A DNA stretch of 64,000 nt from positions 26,160 to 90,159 of the forward strand of contig JAQYAH010000086.1 in the NCBI GenBank assembly GCA_029227635.1, read 5' to 3'. Source of the DNA: Clostridiales bacterium. Its GTDB lineage: Bacteria > Bacillota > Clostridia > Lachnospirales > Lachnospiraceae. Shown here piece after piece: positions 45,708-56,545 of this stretch; within the stretch, counting starts at the first letter, position 1; each line of letters begins with the position of its first letter. The position numbers and the translations under genes are program-made. The notes under the pieces were generated by a model that searched no databases, was not told where the DNA came from, and saw nothing but the letters and a program-made list of their open reading frames with translations.

Positions 45708-47972
45708 CTAATCTCTGTAATAATTGATAAGGCATCCTTTAAGAATTATCTCTCTCTCCGCATCGGTAAGATTGCCGAGAGTGACTTTGAATTCTCTGGG
45801 CTCTTCCGCAATGACATATGCCTTGATGGTTTCGGCCTTCTCTTCAACAGCTTTTCTGATTCCGGGAATCAGAATATAATCACCGTTTTTAAAAGGCAGT
45901 TTTCCCTCCTCCATAACAAATGGAAGCATTCCCCAGTTGATGAGGTTTGAGCGATATCTCTTTGTTGCATACTCGAAAGCGATATTTGCCCATCCTCCGA
46001 GCACTTTCTGGCAGGAAGCCGCCTGCTCTCTTGCGGAGCCGTCTCCGGGTTTTACTGCAAAAATCGTACTTCCGATTCCGGTTTTGGCAAGATCCACGCT
46101 CTCAAACTTTCTTCCGATAATATCATATACCTGCTTCAGTTCTTTAAGGCTGGCTTCCGGAGCTCCTCCATCCCGCCTTGCTTCCTCTGCTGCACGCACT
46201 GCCTTTGCTCTTCCAACATATTCGGGATCCTTTCTTGAAAGGGTGAATTCCGCAAGTCCAAGGGGATTTGAACGGTAAGAAGAAGTCTCTCCGGAAGGAA
46301 TCAGCTCGTCAGTTGTTGTTACCGGATCATGAATCTCAGATACTACCTTGAGAATAAGATCCTCTGTAAGGGCACTCATCGCCGGCCAGTCCTTAATGTT
46401 GGGACCCATCTGAATCTCTACACTGGAATCTGCCTTGCCCTTTGAATCAAATACGCGATTCTCGTAGATCTTGCTGTCGAAGTGATACTTCTTTCCGGTG
46501 TACTCAACATCAAAATCTGTAGCCGCCGTAAGTTTTCCGGCGTTTGCCGCAGTTGCTGCAATAGATCTTGCATCCATAAGAGCAACTGATGCGATCTGTC
46601 CACTCTGGAGCTTACTTCCTTCTCTGTTAGGGAAGTTTCTTGTTGAATGACGAATGCTGAGAGCTCCGTTAGAAGGAGTGTCACCGGCACCAAAACAAGG
46701 TCCGCAAAAGGCGGTCTTAATTACAGCTCCGGCCTGAATGAAATCTGCTGCCGAACCGTTTCTAACAAGTTCCATGTATACAGGCATGCTGGCAGGATAA
46801 ACACTGAAAGTAAACGCCTCAGACCCGATATATCTTCCCCGGATAATATCCGCTGCTGCGCAAAGATTCTCAAATCCACCGCCTGCACATCCTGCAATAA
46901 TACCCTGCTCTACCCAGAGATGTCCGTCTCTCACTTTATCTCTAAGAGAATAGTTTGTGTTCTCTCCGAGACTGACTTTTGCTCTTGCCTCCACATCGGC
47001 AAGGATATCATCCAGATTAGCATTGAGTTCATCAATGGTGTACGCATTGCTAGGATGGAAAGGCATGGCAATCATAGGACGTATCTTTGAAAGATCCACC
47101 TTAACCAGACCGTCATAGTATGCAACGGCTCCGGGCTTTAACTCAGCGTAATCACCCTTTCGTCCGTGTATCTCGTAGAATTCCTGGATCTTCTCATCGG
47201 TCTCCCAGATGGACGACAGACAGGTGGTCTCTGTTGTCATTACATCCACTCCGATACGGAAATCCGCAGAAAGTGACTTGACACCGGGGCCTACGAATTC
47301 CATCACCTTATTGTTTACATATCCGTTTCCGAATACCGCCTTGATAATTGCAATTGCCACGTCCTGAGGGCCTACTCCCTTAATAGGTTCGCCTTCAAGA
47401 TACACTGCAACAACTCCGGGCATGGGAATATCATAAGTTCTGGAAAGAAGCTGTTTTACCAATTCCGGTCCGCCTTCGCCCATAGCCATTGTTCCCAGCG
47501 CACCATATCTGGTGTGGCTGTCGGAGCCAAGGATCATTTTACCGCCGGCTGCCAGCATTTCTCTCGCATACTGGTGAATAACTGCCTGATGAGGGGGAAC
47601 ATAGACTCCGCCGTAACGCTTTGCGCAGGTAAGTCCAAACATGTGATCATCCTCGTTGATAGTACCTCCAACGGCACAAAGGCTGTTATGGCAGTTTGTA
47701 AGGACATAAGGTATAGGGAACTTCTCAAGGCCTGATGCTCTGGCTGTCTGAAGAATACCTACAAAAGTGATATCATGAGATGTGAGCTTATCGAATTTAA
47801 TCTGGAGATTCCGCATATTTCCTGAAGTGTTATGGGCCTCAAGGATTCCGTAAGCAATAGTGTTTTTTGCAGCATCCTCTTTTGAAATAAGTGTCGCTGC
47901 CTCTGCTGAGTTTTCCTCAATAATCTGGGTGCCGTTTACAAGAAATACACCCTGTCCTGAAAGCTTGATCAT
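45708..47972 (-). CDS. aconitate hydratase
   Basis: 754 aa with ..[14 protein letters not shown].., CGPCFGAGD and ..[14 protein letters not shown], which are aconitase Fe-S ligand motifs. Confidence 0.9.
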   Translation of the reverse strand: MIKLSGQGVFLVNGTQIIEENSAEAATLISKEDAAKNTIAYGILEAHNTSGNMRNLQIKFDKLTSHDITFVGILQTARASGLEKFPIPYVLTNCHNSLCAVGGTINEDDHMFGLTCAKRYGGVYVPPHQAVIHQYAREMLAAGGKMILGSDSHTRYGALGTMAMGEGGPELVKQLLSRTYDIPMPGVVAVYLEGEPIKGVGPQDVAIAIIKAVFGNGYVNNKVMEFVGPGVKSLSADFRIGVDVMTTETTCLSSIWETDEKIQEFYEIHGRKGDYAELKPGAVAYYDGLVKVDLSKIRPMIAMPFHPSNAYTIDELNANLDDILADVEARAKVSLGENTNYSLRDKVRDGHLWVEQGIIAGCAGGGFENLCAAADIIRGRYIGSEAFTFSVYPASMPVYMELVRNGSAADFIQAGAVIKTAFCGPCFGAGDTPSNGALSIRHSTRNFPNREGSKLQSGQIASVALMDARSIAATAANAGKLTAATDFDVEYTGKKYHFDSKIYENRVFDSKGKADSSVEIQMGPNIKDWPAMSALTEDLILKVVSEIHDPVTTTDELIPSGETSSYRSNPLGLAEFTLSRKDPEYVGRAKAVRAAEEARRDGGAPEASLKELKQVYDIIGRKFESVDLAKTGIGSTIFAVKPGDGSAREQAASCQKVLGGWANIAFEYATKRYRSNLINWGMLPFVMEEGKLPFKNGDYILIPGIRKAVEEKAETIKAYVIAEEPREFKVTLGNLTDAEREIILKGCLINYYRD

Positions 47973-47987
47973 AGTTCCTCCTATTCG

Positions 47988-48830
47988 TTATTCCGAAAGC
48001 AATTGCCGGTAAACATCTCTCTTTGAAATTTTTCTGTCCTTAGCCACCGCCTTCATAGCCTCTTTTCTCGGCATCCCCTGATCTTCATAGATCTTCATGT
48101 GGGCTTCCAGCGGTATCTCGGTCCAACTCCTGATATTTTCCTCTTCAATTACTCTGGGGTTTTTCCCTTCAATGACCAGTACATGTTCTCCCCTGGGGGG
48201 CTCCGCCTCAGACATGGCTATCGCTTCCCCGATAGTCATAAGCCGGCTGCTTTCATATTTCTTGGTCAGTTCTTTACAGATTGCGATCCTGCGCTCATCT
48301 CCGAGAACTTCTCTAAGTTCATTGAGAAGACTGAGAAGGTGATGGGGTGCTTCATAAATAACTATTGTTCTTGTTTCATCTTTTAATTCCTCAAGAACCC
48401 TTTGTCGTTTTTTCTTATCCGTAGGCAAAAAAGCTTCAAAGGCAAATCGCCGACATGGAATTCCCGATCCGGTAACAGCTGTTATCACCGCCGCCGGTCC
48501 CGGTACTACCACCACCGGTATTCCTTCCTCCCTGCACATACCTACAAGCTCTTCACCCGGATCAGATATTCCCGGAGTTCCGGCATCAGAGATCAGCGCG
48601 ATGTTTTTTCCTTCCTTAAGCTGAGAGATCAGACTCTTTGCTTTCTCTATCTTGTTGAACTCATGATAGCTGGTCATGGGAGTTTTGATTTCAAAATGAT
48701 TCAGCAGTTTTATGCTGTTTCTGGTATCTTCGGCCGCAATGAGATCGGCTTCCTCCAGTATTCGCAACGCTCTTAACGTGATATCCTCAAGATTTCCTAT
48801 AGGCGTCGCACATAGGTAAAGAGTCCCCAT
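47988..48830 (-). CDS. rsmI: 16S rRNA (cytidine1402-2'-O)-methyltransferase
   Basis: GTLYLCATPIGNLEDITLRALRIL..ISDAGTPGISDPG signature. Confidence 0.93.
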   Translation of the reverse strand: MGTLYLCATPIGNLEDITLRALRILEEADLIAAEDTRNSIKLLNHFEIKTPMTSYHEFNKIEKAKSLISQLKEGKNIALISDAGTPGISDPGEELVGMCREEGIPVVVVPGPAAVITAVTGSGIPCRRFAFEAFLPTDKKKRQRVLEELKDETRTIVIYEAPHHLLSLLNELREVLGDERRIAICKELTKKYESSRLMTIGEAIAMSEAEPPRGEHVLVIEGKNPRVIEEENIRSWTEIPLEAHMKIYEDQGMPRKEAMKAVAKDRKISKRDVYRQLLSE

Positions 48831-48842
48831 CGTTATCCTCTT

Positions 48843-49598
48843 CTAATCGTAATACAATGACCTGACTTCCTCAGTGTACTCTCCCGGTTTTGAATATATT
48901 ATAAGCGGAGATTCCACCTTGAGATAAGGTCTTCCTCCTTTGACCGCCTCCAAAAGCACAAGGTTCGGCTCTTTATCCCCATAAGGATGAACGAGCCTCA
49001 TCCTCTTTGGCTCCAGGCCGTTTTCTCTAAGGCCGAAAAAAATATCTGCCAACCGATGCGGTCTGTGAACAAGATAGAATCTCCCATTCACTCTAAGAAG
49101 TCTCCTCGCTGCTTTTGCTATATCATCAAAGGTGCAGAGCATCTCGTGTCTTGCAATACACTTTGCATCCCCGGTATTATGGATTCCAGCTTCTTCCCTC
49201 ATGTAGGGAGGGTTGCTGGTTATCACATCAAAGGACTCCCCCTGAAACAGGTTTTCAGCATCCTTTATATCTCCGCAACAGATCTGTATCTTATCCTCTG
49301 CGCCGTTAAGCATGACACTACGCCGGGCCATCTCAGCAACTTTTTCCTGAATTTCCAGCCCAACTATCGTCCTTCCTTTATCCCTGGAAGCCAAGAGCAA
49401 AGGAATCGCTCCGTTTCCGCATCCAAGATCCAGGACCTTCTCGTTGCTTTTTGCCTTTGCATACTCGCTCAGCAACACTGCATCAATCCCGAAACAGAAA
49501 AAATCAGGATTCTGGATTATCCGGAAATTATTTCTCTGCAGGTCGTCTATCCTTTCCCCTGCCTTCAGAATTACGTTTGTTCTCTGTGCGCTTTCCAT
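48843..49598 (-). CDS. tRNA (adenine-N6)-methyltransferase-like class I SAM MTase (YabB/TrmN6-like)
   Basis: ..VLDLGCGNGAIPL.. (motif I) and ..VITSNPPYM.. (NPPY). Start chosen at MESAQR (49598). The 150-codon N-terminal extension in the track ORF is a basic low-complexity read-through overlapping ricT. Confidence 0.75.
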   Translation of the reverse strand: MESAQRTNVILKAGERIDDLQRNNFRIIQNPDFFCFGIDAVLLSEYAKAKSNEKVLDLGCGNGAIPLLLASRDKGRTIVGLEIQEKVAEMARRSVMLNGAEDKIQICCGDIKDAENLFQGESFDVITSNPPYMREEAGIHNTGDAKCIARHEMLCTFDDIAKAARRLLRVNGRFYLVHRPHRLADIFFGLRENGLEPKRMRLVHPYGDKEPNLVLLEAVKGGRPYLKVESPLIIYSKPGEYTEEVRSLYYD

Positions 49599-50799
49599 TA
49601 TCTTTTTGTTCCTGGGTTCCCTTTTGGTTCTTACCGCCTCTGAAACGTCTCTTCCGGATAAAAGGCTTCTTGTCGCCTTCGGATTTTCCATGATCCTCGC
49701 TCTTTGTATTTTTGTGAGACTTTGGTTTGGATGCCTCCCGGTTGCCCTTGTCTTTGTGTTCTCCCCGGTGGGGTTTGCTGTTCTTTTCTTTTCGGGGCGC
49801 CTTCCGATCCGAATCCTTGACTTCTGCTGACGCCTGGACAATCTCGCCTTTATCTTCTCCCGTATTGAGCCCTTCCTGGCTGATACGCTCCGGCTTATTG
49901 TCAGCCTTAATGTCTTTGTCGGCCTTCTCTTCCGGCTTTTCTTTTGCCTGCTCAGGTTTACTCTGGACTTTTGCTTCTTTATGCTTACCTGCAAAACGAA
50001 GGTCCTCCACGTCATATTCCCGAACTTCTTTCTCATCGTCATCGTTCTCAATAATGACTTTAACCTTCTGCCTCAGTACATTCAGGCTGGAAACGACTCC
50101 CTTGTTTCCTTCCGGAGTAAGCACGATCTCCCCTTTGTTGGGAAGCTTGCTGTTCAGATATTCGTAGGTTTCCTCCTCATTATTAAGGCAGCACATAAGA
50201 CGTCCGCAGACGCCGGAAACCTTTGTGGGATTGAGAGACAGCCCCTGCTCCTTAGCCATCTTAATAGACACCGGGGAAAAGTCCGTGAGATAGGTGGTGC
50301 AGCAGAGAGGTCGTCCGCAGACACCGATTCCCCCTATCATCTTTGTCTCATCCCTGACTCCAATCTGTCTGAGCTCGATTCTTGTGCGGAATATGGAAGC
50401 CAGATCTTTAACCAGCTCTCTGAAATCCACTCGTCCCTCTGCGGTAAAGTAAAAAAGAACCTTGCTTCTGTCAAAAGTATACTCGCATCCGACCAACTTC
50501 ATCTCCAGCTCGTGCTTGAAGATCTTCTCTTTACAGATCTTGAGAGCTTCCTGCTCCTTGATCCGATTCTCCGCTTCCTGAGCCTTATCTTCCTCTGTAG
50601 CCACTCTAATTACCCGCTTCAACGGCTGAGTGATCTGATCCTCCGGCACCTCGTGGATGTCGCTGATTGCTTTGCCGATTTCGATGCCCCTGGCGGTCTC
50701 CACGATCACCTCCTGACCGGCAGCGATATCCAGTCCATCCGGATCAAAATAGTATACTTTTCCGGCATTCTTAAAATGTATTCCGGTTACTTTAACCAT
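49528..50799 (-). CDS. ricT: PSP1-domain protein RicT/YaaT with a ~150-aa Lys/Glu-rich C-terminal tail
   Basis: MVKVTGIHFKNAGKVYYFDP..GVCGRPLCCTTYL..GVCGRLMCCL is the PSP1 core. It is followed by a low-complexity KE-rich tail. Confidence 0.85.
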   Translation of the reverse strand: MVKVTGIHFKNAGKVYYFDPDGLDIAAGQEVIVETARGIEIGKAISDIHEVPEDQITQPLKRVIRVATEEDKAQEAENRIKEQEALKICKEKIFKHELEMKLVGCEYTFDRSKVLFYFTAEGRVDFRELVKDLASIFRTRIELRQIGVRDETKMIGGIGVCGRPLCCTTYLTDFSPVSIKMAKEQGLSLNPTKVSGVCGRLMCCLNNEEETYEYLNSKLPNKGEIVLTPEGNKGVVSSLNVLRQKVKVIIENDDDEKEVREYDVEDLRFAGKHKEAKVQSKPEQAKEKPEEKADKDIKADNKPERISQEGLNTGEDKGEIVQASAEVKDSDRKAPRKEKNSKPHRGEHKDKGNREASKPKSHKNTKSEDHGKSEGDKKPFIRKRRFRGGKNQKGTQEQKDNGKRTENKRNSEGRGKDRRPAEK

Positions 50800-50802
50800 C
50801 TG

Positions 50803-51789
50803 TCAATTCTCCTTTATTGTTAAAACCAAAAGCTCTGCCACAATGTCAAAATTGACATTAGCTGCCAGCCTGGTCTTCGCCTTATCTATTGCCTCCAGGA
50901 TCTGTCGGATCCCTTCAAAAGACTTTCTCTCTGCCTGCCGGCGGATATGCTGCTCCTCTCCTCTGAAGGTAACAACTCCGACATCGCCGGTGGATTTGTA
51001 CACCAGCACATCCCTGTACCAGATCAACATCAGGTCAAAGAATCCATTAAGGTCATCCTTATGTTTCTGAATCCTTCCAATGGCTTCCGTAACCTCATAT
51101 GCTTTCATATCGTCAGCGTTTCTGACAAGACCGACAACATCTTCCACCAGCTCATTGAATTTCGGTGATTCTGCGATTTCCAATGCCCTGCCGATGTTTC
51201 CTTTCGCAAAAGCAGTGCTCACCCGAATCCGACTCTCGTCATATCCCCGTTCCTTCAGGAAACCCGCCACTTGTCCGTCTGTAAGCTCCTTCAATTTTAA
51301 GTGCATACATCGGGAGCGGATGGTTAAGAGAAGCTGTTTGGGTCTGGTTGTCAAAAGCAGAATAATTGCATACGCCGGCGGCTCCTCCAGTGTCTTTAGC
51401 AGTGCATTCTGCGCCTGCTCCGTCATCCTATCCGCCTCGTCGATGATGTATACTTTATACTCTGCCTGGTAGGGTCTGATCACAATATCATCGACTATCT
51501 GTTCTCTTATCTCCTTAACACTTATCGTGTTTGCCTTCTCACGAATCAGGTATCTGATATCGGGGTGGTTCCCATCTTTGGCCTGATTACAGGCTCTACA
51601 TTTCATACAGGGACGAGAACTATCCCCCTCACATACAAGTCCTTTTGCAAAGATTGAGGCCAGTAGTTTCTTGCCGCTGCCCCTCTCTCCGCTTATCAGA
51701 TAAGCATTCTGAGGAAGTTTACGTTCCAATGTGCTTTTGAAATAGTTTATTGCCTCTGTATGACCGGTAACCCTATTCCAGCCTGTCAT
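50803..51789 (-). CDS. holB: DNA polymerase III subunit delta'
   Basis: ..NAYLISGERGSGKKLLA.. plus the zinc module C..CMKCRAC and ..IIDEADRMTEQAQNALLKTLEEPP. Confidence 0.92.
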   Translation of the reverse strand: MTGWNRVTGHTEAINYFKSTLERKLPQNAYLISGERGSGKKLLASIFAKGLVCEGDSSRPCMKCRACNQAKDGNHPDIRYLIREKANTISVKEIREQIVDDIVIRPYQAEYKVYIIDEADRMTEQAQNALLKTLEEPPAYAIILLLTTRPKQLLLTIRSRCMHLKLKELTDGQVAGFLKERGYDESRIRVSTAFAKGNIGRALEIAESPKFNELVEDVVGLVRNADDMKAYEVTEAIGRIQKHKDDLNGFFDLMLIWYRDVLVYKSTGDVGVVTFRGEEQHIRRQAERKSFEGIRQILEAIDKAKTRLAANVNFDIVAELLVLTIKEN

Positions 51790-51812
51790 GAAAAATCCCC
51801 CTGCTTAGTCTA

Positions 51813-52400
51813 TCACAAACCTTTATTGATACATAGTTTTATTTCATCTATGCACTTATCCAGATCTGTATTTAAAAACCTTCTTTCGATGCCCGCCTCA
51901 GACAGCTTCTCCTCGGAAAAATCTTCACTATCCGCCAGAAAGCGGCGGCACATCTCCTGATACCTGGGATGTTCCTGTTTCATTTCCCGATCCAATGCCC
52001 TCCTAAGCCGGATTCCATCCTCCACCTCAATATAAAGCGGAAACACCTTGTCCTCTCCAAAATGATTCCTCAGTTTCACATAAGATTCCAAAGTCCCGAT
52101 TGCCAGGTAATTATGATCCGAGGTGTCCAGTGATCCATCATCAACAGTGGCATAGCTCCAGATTCCGTGAACCGTATCATAGTGACGAACCTCTATGATT
52201 CTGTTTTCTGATTCCAACTCGCTAAGCTGCTCCTCTATAACGAAATGATACTCGATCCCTTCCGTCTCTCCTTTTCGCCTTGGCCTGGTGGTATAGAGAA
52301 CCACTCTCTTAAGGTCAAGGCTCCTGTCTTCCAGGAGAGCCGAATGTATGGTGTCCTTTCCAGAGGCACTTTTTCCCATAAGGTAAAAAATCTTTCCCAT
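51813..52400 (-). CDS. guanylate kinase-like protein
   Basis: P-loop GKSASGKDT and ..YTTRPRRKGETEGIEYHFV. Confidence 0.75.
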   Translation of the reverse strand: MGKIFYLMGKSASGKDTIHSALLEDRSLDLKRVVLYTTRPRRKGETEGIEYHFVIEEQLSELESENRIIEVRHYDTVHGIWSYATVDDGSLDTSDHNYLAIGTLESYVKLRNHFGEDKVFPLYIEVEDGIRLRRALDREMKQEHPRYQEMCRRFLADSEDFSEEKLSEAGIERRFLNTDLDKCIDEIKLCINKGL

Positions 52401-52401
52401 A

Positions 52402-53844
52402 TTATTCTCCCAGCACCATCATCCTGGCCTTTCCACCATCATCCACTACAACACCTCTGGGACAAAGCCCGAGGGAAAGATAAGAAATAATCAGCTCCAT
52501 ATGTTCCCTGAGGATCACTTCCCCGGGAACCAGAAGAGGTATTCCAGGAGGATATAGTCCCACATAATCTGCAGAAATCCTTCCAACCGACATATCCACC
52601 TCAAGAGGCTTTCTTTTCACTCTTACCGCCTCTCCCGGCTTAAGCGCAATCTCATGTCGAAGTCCACAGCCAAAAGCACAATAATCCGGAGTTTTGATTC
52701 CAGGAACCTCGTTCAACTCCGCATCTATGATTCTCATTGCAGACACCAACCGATCAAAGCCCTTCTTTCGGTCTGCCACAGATGTCATAAACAGGACATA
52801 GTCCGGTCCGCACATCTCTGCCTCGATAGAAAATCGGCTTCTGAGCATCTCCATGAGGGCTTTCCCTGTGATTTTTCCCTCCTTGATGCACAAAACCAGT
52901 TTGCCTTTGTCATATCCGAAAAAGCTGTTATCTTCTCCGCTCAGCAGTTTGAAGTTATTAAGCTCTGACAATTCGTTTCTAGCCGTCTCCAGCATTTTGA
53001 CATAAACCGAAAAAAGCTCCCTGCCCCTGTGTTCCAGCACATTTATGCAGGCGTCCACACTGCTCATCAGTATGTAGGAAGGACTGCTGGATTGATAAAC
53101 CTGAAGGTAATGCTTCAAAAGCTCACGGTCCACTCTGGGCCCGTTAACATGTATCACCGCAGTCTGTGTCATGGCCGGAAGAGTTTTATGAAGACTCTGA
53201 ATGACAATATCCGCGTCTAATCTGACTGCCGATTCAGGAAAATATGAGTCAAATCCCAGATGAGCGCCGTGAGCTTCATCTACAATGAGGATCCCTCCAT
53301 TCTCATGGGCTATCCTCGCTATCTCTTTTATGTCTGAAACTACTCCTTCGTAGGTGGGCGATACCAGACAAACAGCCTTCACCGGTTTCCCTGCCTGTGC
53401 CTGCAGCTCAATTGCTCTTTGGATCATCTCCGGGCTAACACTTCCACACAGGCTCCCCTTTACCTGGATTTCCGGATCCATATACACAGGATCGGCTCCA
53501 ATCAGTTCTACCCCATGGTACGTGGACTTATGGCTGTTTCGTGCAACCAGAACTCTCTCTCCGGTGGCAACTGCTGCCGAGACAGCACTCAGGATTCCGG
53601 AAGTACTTCCATTGACCAGGATATGGGACTCCTCCGCCCCAAACATTTCCGCAATGCGTTCCTCTAATGTCCGAATCACACCTTCCGGGTGGTTAAGATC
53701 ATCAAAACCGTCTATTTCCGTAATATCCAGAGCAAGGCAGTTCTCTCCATCAAATAATTCCGGATTTCTTTTATGTCCGGGCATATGAAAGGGATAGATA
53801 TCCCTGTCCTTATATGCCTTCAGTCTATCACTAAGTCCATCCAT
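52402..53844 (-). CDS. Orn/Lys/Arg decarboxylase family PLP enzyme (YaaO-like)
   Basis: ..YPFHMPGHKRN.. N-terminus and ..IVIQSLHKTLP (PLP Lys). Confidence 0.85.
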   Translation of the reverse strand: MDGLSDRLKAYKDRDIYPFHMPGHKRNPELFDGENCLALDITEIDGFDDLNHPEGVIRTLEERIAEMFGAEESHILVNGSTSGILSAVSAAVATGERVLVARNSHKSTYHGVELIGADPVYMDPEIQVKGSLCGSVSPEMIQRAIELQAQAGKPVKAVCLVSPTYEGVVSDIKEIARIAHENGGILIVDEAHGAHLGFDSYFPESAVRLDADIVIQSLHKTLPAMTQTAVIHVNGPRVDRELLKHYLQVYQSSSPSYILMSSVDACINVLEHRGRELFSVYVKMLETARNELSELNNFKLLSGEDNSFFGYDKGKLVLCIKEGKITGKALMEMLRSRFSIEAEMCGPDYVLFMTSVADRKKGFDRLVSAMRIIDAELNEVPGIKTPDYCAFGCGLRHEIALKPGEAVRVKRKPLEVDMSVGRISADYVGLYPPGIPLLVPGEVILREHMELIISYLSLGLCPRGVVVDDGGKARMMVLGE

Positions 53845-53855
53845 TAGCTGATCCT

Positions 53856-55100
53856 TTAAAAAAGTAATGCGTTTCCGCCTCCGCCTACAGGAGTCTTGAC
53901 ATTTGCAGCATCATCCTTTGTAAACTCCGGCAACGCTGACTCCAAACCTTCTTCGGTCACATTTTCTCCGTTGAGCATTTTAACCAATGCCTTATCCTCG
54001 GAGATATTTCCGGACTGATATAGGAATAGGACATCCGAAAAATCTTCTTTTCGGATCAGACTGTTGATATCTCCCTCGTATAACTCCGGGTCAATCATTA
54101 CTATTCTCCTGAAATTGTTGACCAGATAAGGAACAAAACTGTCCCCGTTAGAGTCTTTGATCACAAGCAGGTTCCTGTCTGAGGCAGACGAGGTCTCAAT
54201 GTTGACCTGCCCGTGAGCACCTCCGAAGAAAACATCCAGCTTCTCAATACCTTCCAGCTTCTCACTTTTGTACATAGATACGGATTTCTCTCCGGTTTCC
54301 GGATACTCCACCACCTGAACAAAAGCATTATCCTGGTTAAAATAAATGCTGATGGAATCGCTGGAGTAGTCGTAGTAGCCTGATTCATAGCAAAGAGGTC
54401 CCACGTAGTCATTAGCTACTGTCATGGCCTCGAATCTGTCATTGGCAATATTCAGCTGCATGGGTGCCGCAGCTTCTTTATAAGCATAATATGCTCCAAG
54501 ACTGGTCCATCTTGAGTCCGTTTTGTAAAAAAGTTCCTCCCCGGCATGATTCTTGAACGCATTTCTGACATCTATAAATGTAATGCTGGAATCAAGGGAG
54601 TCTTTCCAGTTCTTGAAATAAGCTTTCTCATCCCCAAGGGGTGCCCCGTCAGGAAGCTTAAGATCCAGAGTAGCCGAAGCTGTAGGTACAATAAACACAT
54701 AACAATTAAGTTTGCTATTGTTCTTTGCAAACAGATTGACAGCAGCCGCCTGTTCCTCAAAGTTATCCATATCGGGAACCTTAAACCCTTCAATAAGGTA
54801 TCCGTCATCAGCCCTGTATATGCCATTCTTCTCTTTCTCTCCCATCGCTACGCTGATTCCGTTTCTCAGATCCAGCAAACGATTTCGAAGGGTAAACTGA
54901 TCGTTGGCATATTCATAAAGTTCGTTTTCAAATTCTCCCGTCAGAATTCCGGAAAGCTCAATATCAAACAGCGTCACCAGATTTCTCTGTTCTCTGGAGG
55001 ACCTTGCCCTGTCCTTAGAGATAATAAAAATCCCAAGAGAAAAGAACACCAGCACGATCATGAGGAGAGAGATCCAGCGATAAAATCTACTATTTTTCAT
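53856..55100 (-). CDS. DHHW/AlgJ-AlgX-like SGNH-fold protein, membrane anchored (motif reads DSRW)
   Basis: N-terminal TM. ..FYKTDSRWTSLGAYYAY aligns by eye with the family's TDHHWT..GAY motif. It sits immediately downstream of the MBOAT gene. Confidence 0.65.
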   Translation of the reverse strand: MKNSRFYRWISLLMIVLVFFSLGIFIISKDRARSSREQRNLVTLFDIELSGILTGEFENELYEYANDQFTLRNRLLDLRNGISVAMGEKEKNGIYRADDGYLIEGFKVPDMDNFEEQAAAVNLFAKNNSKLNCYVFIVPTASATLDLKLPDGAPLGDEKAYFKNWKDSLDSSITFIDVRNAFKNHAGEELFYKTDSRWTSLGAYYAYKEAAAPMQLNIANDRFEAMTVANDYVGPLCYESGYYDYSSDSISIYFNQDNAFVQVVEYPETGEKSVSMYKSEKLEGIEKLDVFFGGAHGQVNIETSSASDRNLLVIKDSNGDSFVPYLVNNFRRIVMIDPELYEGDINSLIRKEDFSDVLFLYQSGNISEDKALVKMLNGENVTEEGLESALPEFTKDDAANVKTPVGGGGNALLF

Positions 55101-55110
55101 AGCTGCACTC

Positions 55111-56526
55111 CTAAAGTATCATGAATCTAATATCCGGCACTGTCCTCGATACCATGCTCGCCGCCACGGCAATCAGTAAAAACACATAACAGACCGCTAC
55201 AACTATCTCCCCGAAAAGTCCCTTGGAGAGAAGTCGGTTCCTTATCTGATCAAACACTCTGCCGCTGCACATTACGACCAACACTGCTGTCAGCGCACCC
55301 ACCTGAAGAAGGTATAAAGCCGACGAATCCGCCAGAACTCTGTTAAAACCAAACATTGCCTTAAGATAGCCAAGGCTTTGTCCGCTTGCGGCACTACCGA
55401 AAATCGCAAATCCGATCGATGTCAGAATCCATGTATACACCCTTCTGATAAAACCGGGCAGCTTTTTTAACAGCCTTCCCCAGACTTTCTTTTCAAGAAA
55501 TATCACAAGAGCTGTATATACTCCAAAGATCACAAATCCAACTTTTACACCTAGTGAAAGTCCTGCAAAAACGCATGTAATCACCAACGCTACCAGAACA
55601 AAGGCCGTGAGATTTCCGTCTCCCCCTAGCGGCATGTATACCAGCTTTCTGAAACAGTCTGTAAATGTGATATGGAATCTTCTCCAGAACTCAGTAACGC
55701 TCTTTGAACTCAGAGGCTTCCGGAAGCTCTTTGGCAGTTCGATTCCAAACATGAGTCCAAGCCCCTCTGCCATTCCTGTATATGCGGTGAACACTGCGGT
55801 GAAATACAAAAGGCTGTAGATTCCGCCTATCCACGCCGTCACCGCAGACATCCTGCCTTCGGATTCAGCAAGAGCAACCTTCCAAATATCTCCCAGCCTG
55901 TCTGCCAACACCACTTTGAGCACCAATGAACCGATGAAAGCAGTGATGCCCTGACCAAAAAGCACAAGACTCTCCTTACGCTGCTGAATCTGCTTGGCAA
56001 TAGAGTCATACTCAACAACGGGACCATATAGTATCTTTCCAAAGAAAGCAACAGAAAGGGCATAGTTTACAAACCCTTTCCTTAGCCGGGCATCCTCATT
56101 ATAAATATCCAGCTGAAAAACTATGATCTGAAGTGAGTAAAAAGTAATTCCAATGGGATATATGAGACGGTTGAAAGGAAAAGTATGAATCTTCGCTGTT
56201 CCTGCATAGTCCAAAAGAGCAGGGATAATTACCGCCCCAAAGACTATCAGAAGCTGAAAGGCTACCGACATTATCATGGACTTTGCCGCCGCCCCTTTGT
56301 GGCCTCTGCGATTATGCAAGGTAATACTTCCCGCAAAAAGATATGCTGCCACTATCGATACCAGGAGGATTATTACTCCCAGTGGCTCACCAAATGCGTA
56401 GAACACCAGGCTCACCGCCAGCAAAAGCCCGTTTCTGGCACCTCTGAACCTTTTTGGGATCAGATAGTACAGCAGTAATGTAATTGGCAAAAATATAAAA
56501 ACAAACAGTGTGCTTCCAACTATCAT
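55111..56526 (-). CDS. MBOAT family O-acyltransferase (AlgI/DltB-like)
   Basis: Polytopic membrane protein with ..VTEFWRRFHITFTDCFRKLVYMPLGG (conserved MBOAT His region). Confidence 0.88.
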   Translation of the reverse strand: MIVGSTLFVFIFLPITLLLYYLIPKRFRGARNGLLLAVSLVFYAFGEPLGVIILLVSIVAAYLFAGSITLHNRRGHKGAAAKSMIMSVAFQLLIVFGAVIIPALLDYAGTAKIHTFPFNRLIYPIGITFYSLQIIVFQLDIYNEDARLRKGFVNYALSVAFFGKILYGPVVEYDSIAKQIQQRKESLVLFGQGITAFIGSLVLKVVLADRLGDIWKVALAESEGRMSAVTAWIGGIYSLLYFTAVFTAYTGMAEGLGLMFGIELPKSFRKPLSSKSVTEFWRRFHITFTDCFRKLVYMPLGGDGNLTAFVLVALVITCVFAGLSLGVKVGFVIFGVYTALVIFLEKKVWGRLLKKLPGFIRRVYTWILTSIGFAIFGSAASGQSLGYLKAMFGFNRVLADSSALYLLQVGALTAVLVVMCSGRVFDQIRNRLLSKGLFGEIVVAVCYVFLLIAVAASMVSRTVPDIRFMIL

Positions 56527-56545
56527 AACCTATTCTCCGAAACCT

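Noticed and set aside
49599-50051. 402-aa version of the methyltransferase ORF (48843-50051)
   Set aside because: The extra 151 N-terminal codons are an Arg/Lys-rich read-through of the purine-rich ricT tail region. The MTase fold begins after MESAQR. The dual-frame observation is kept as a finding.
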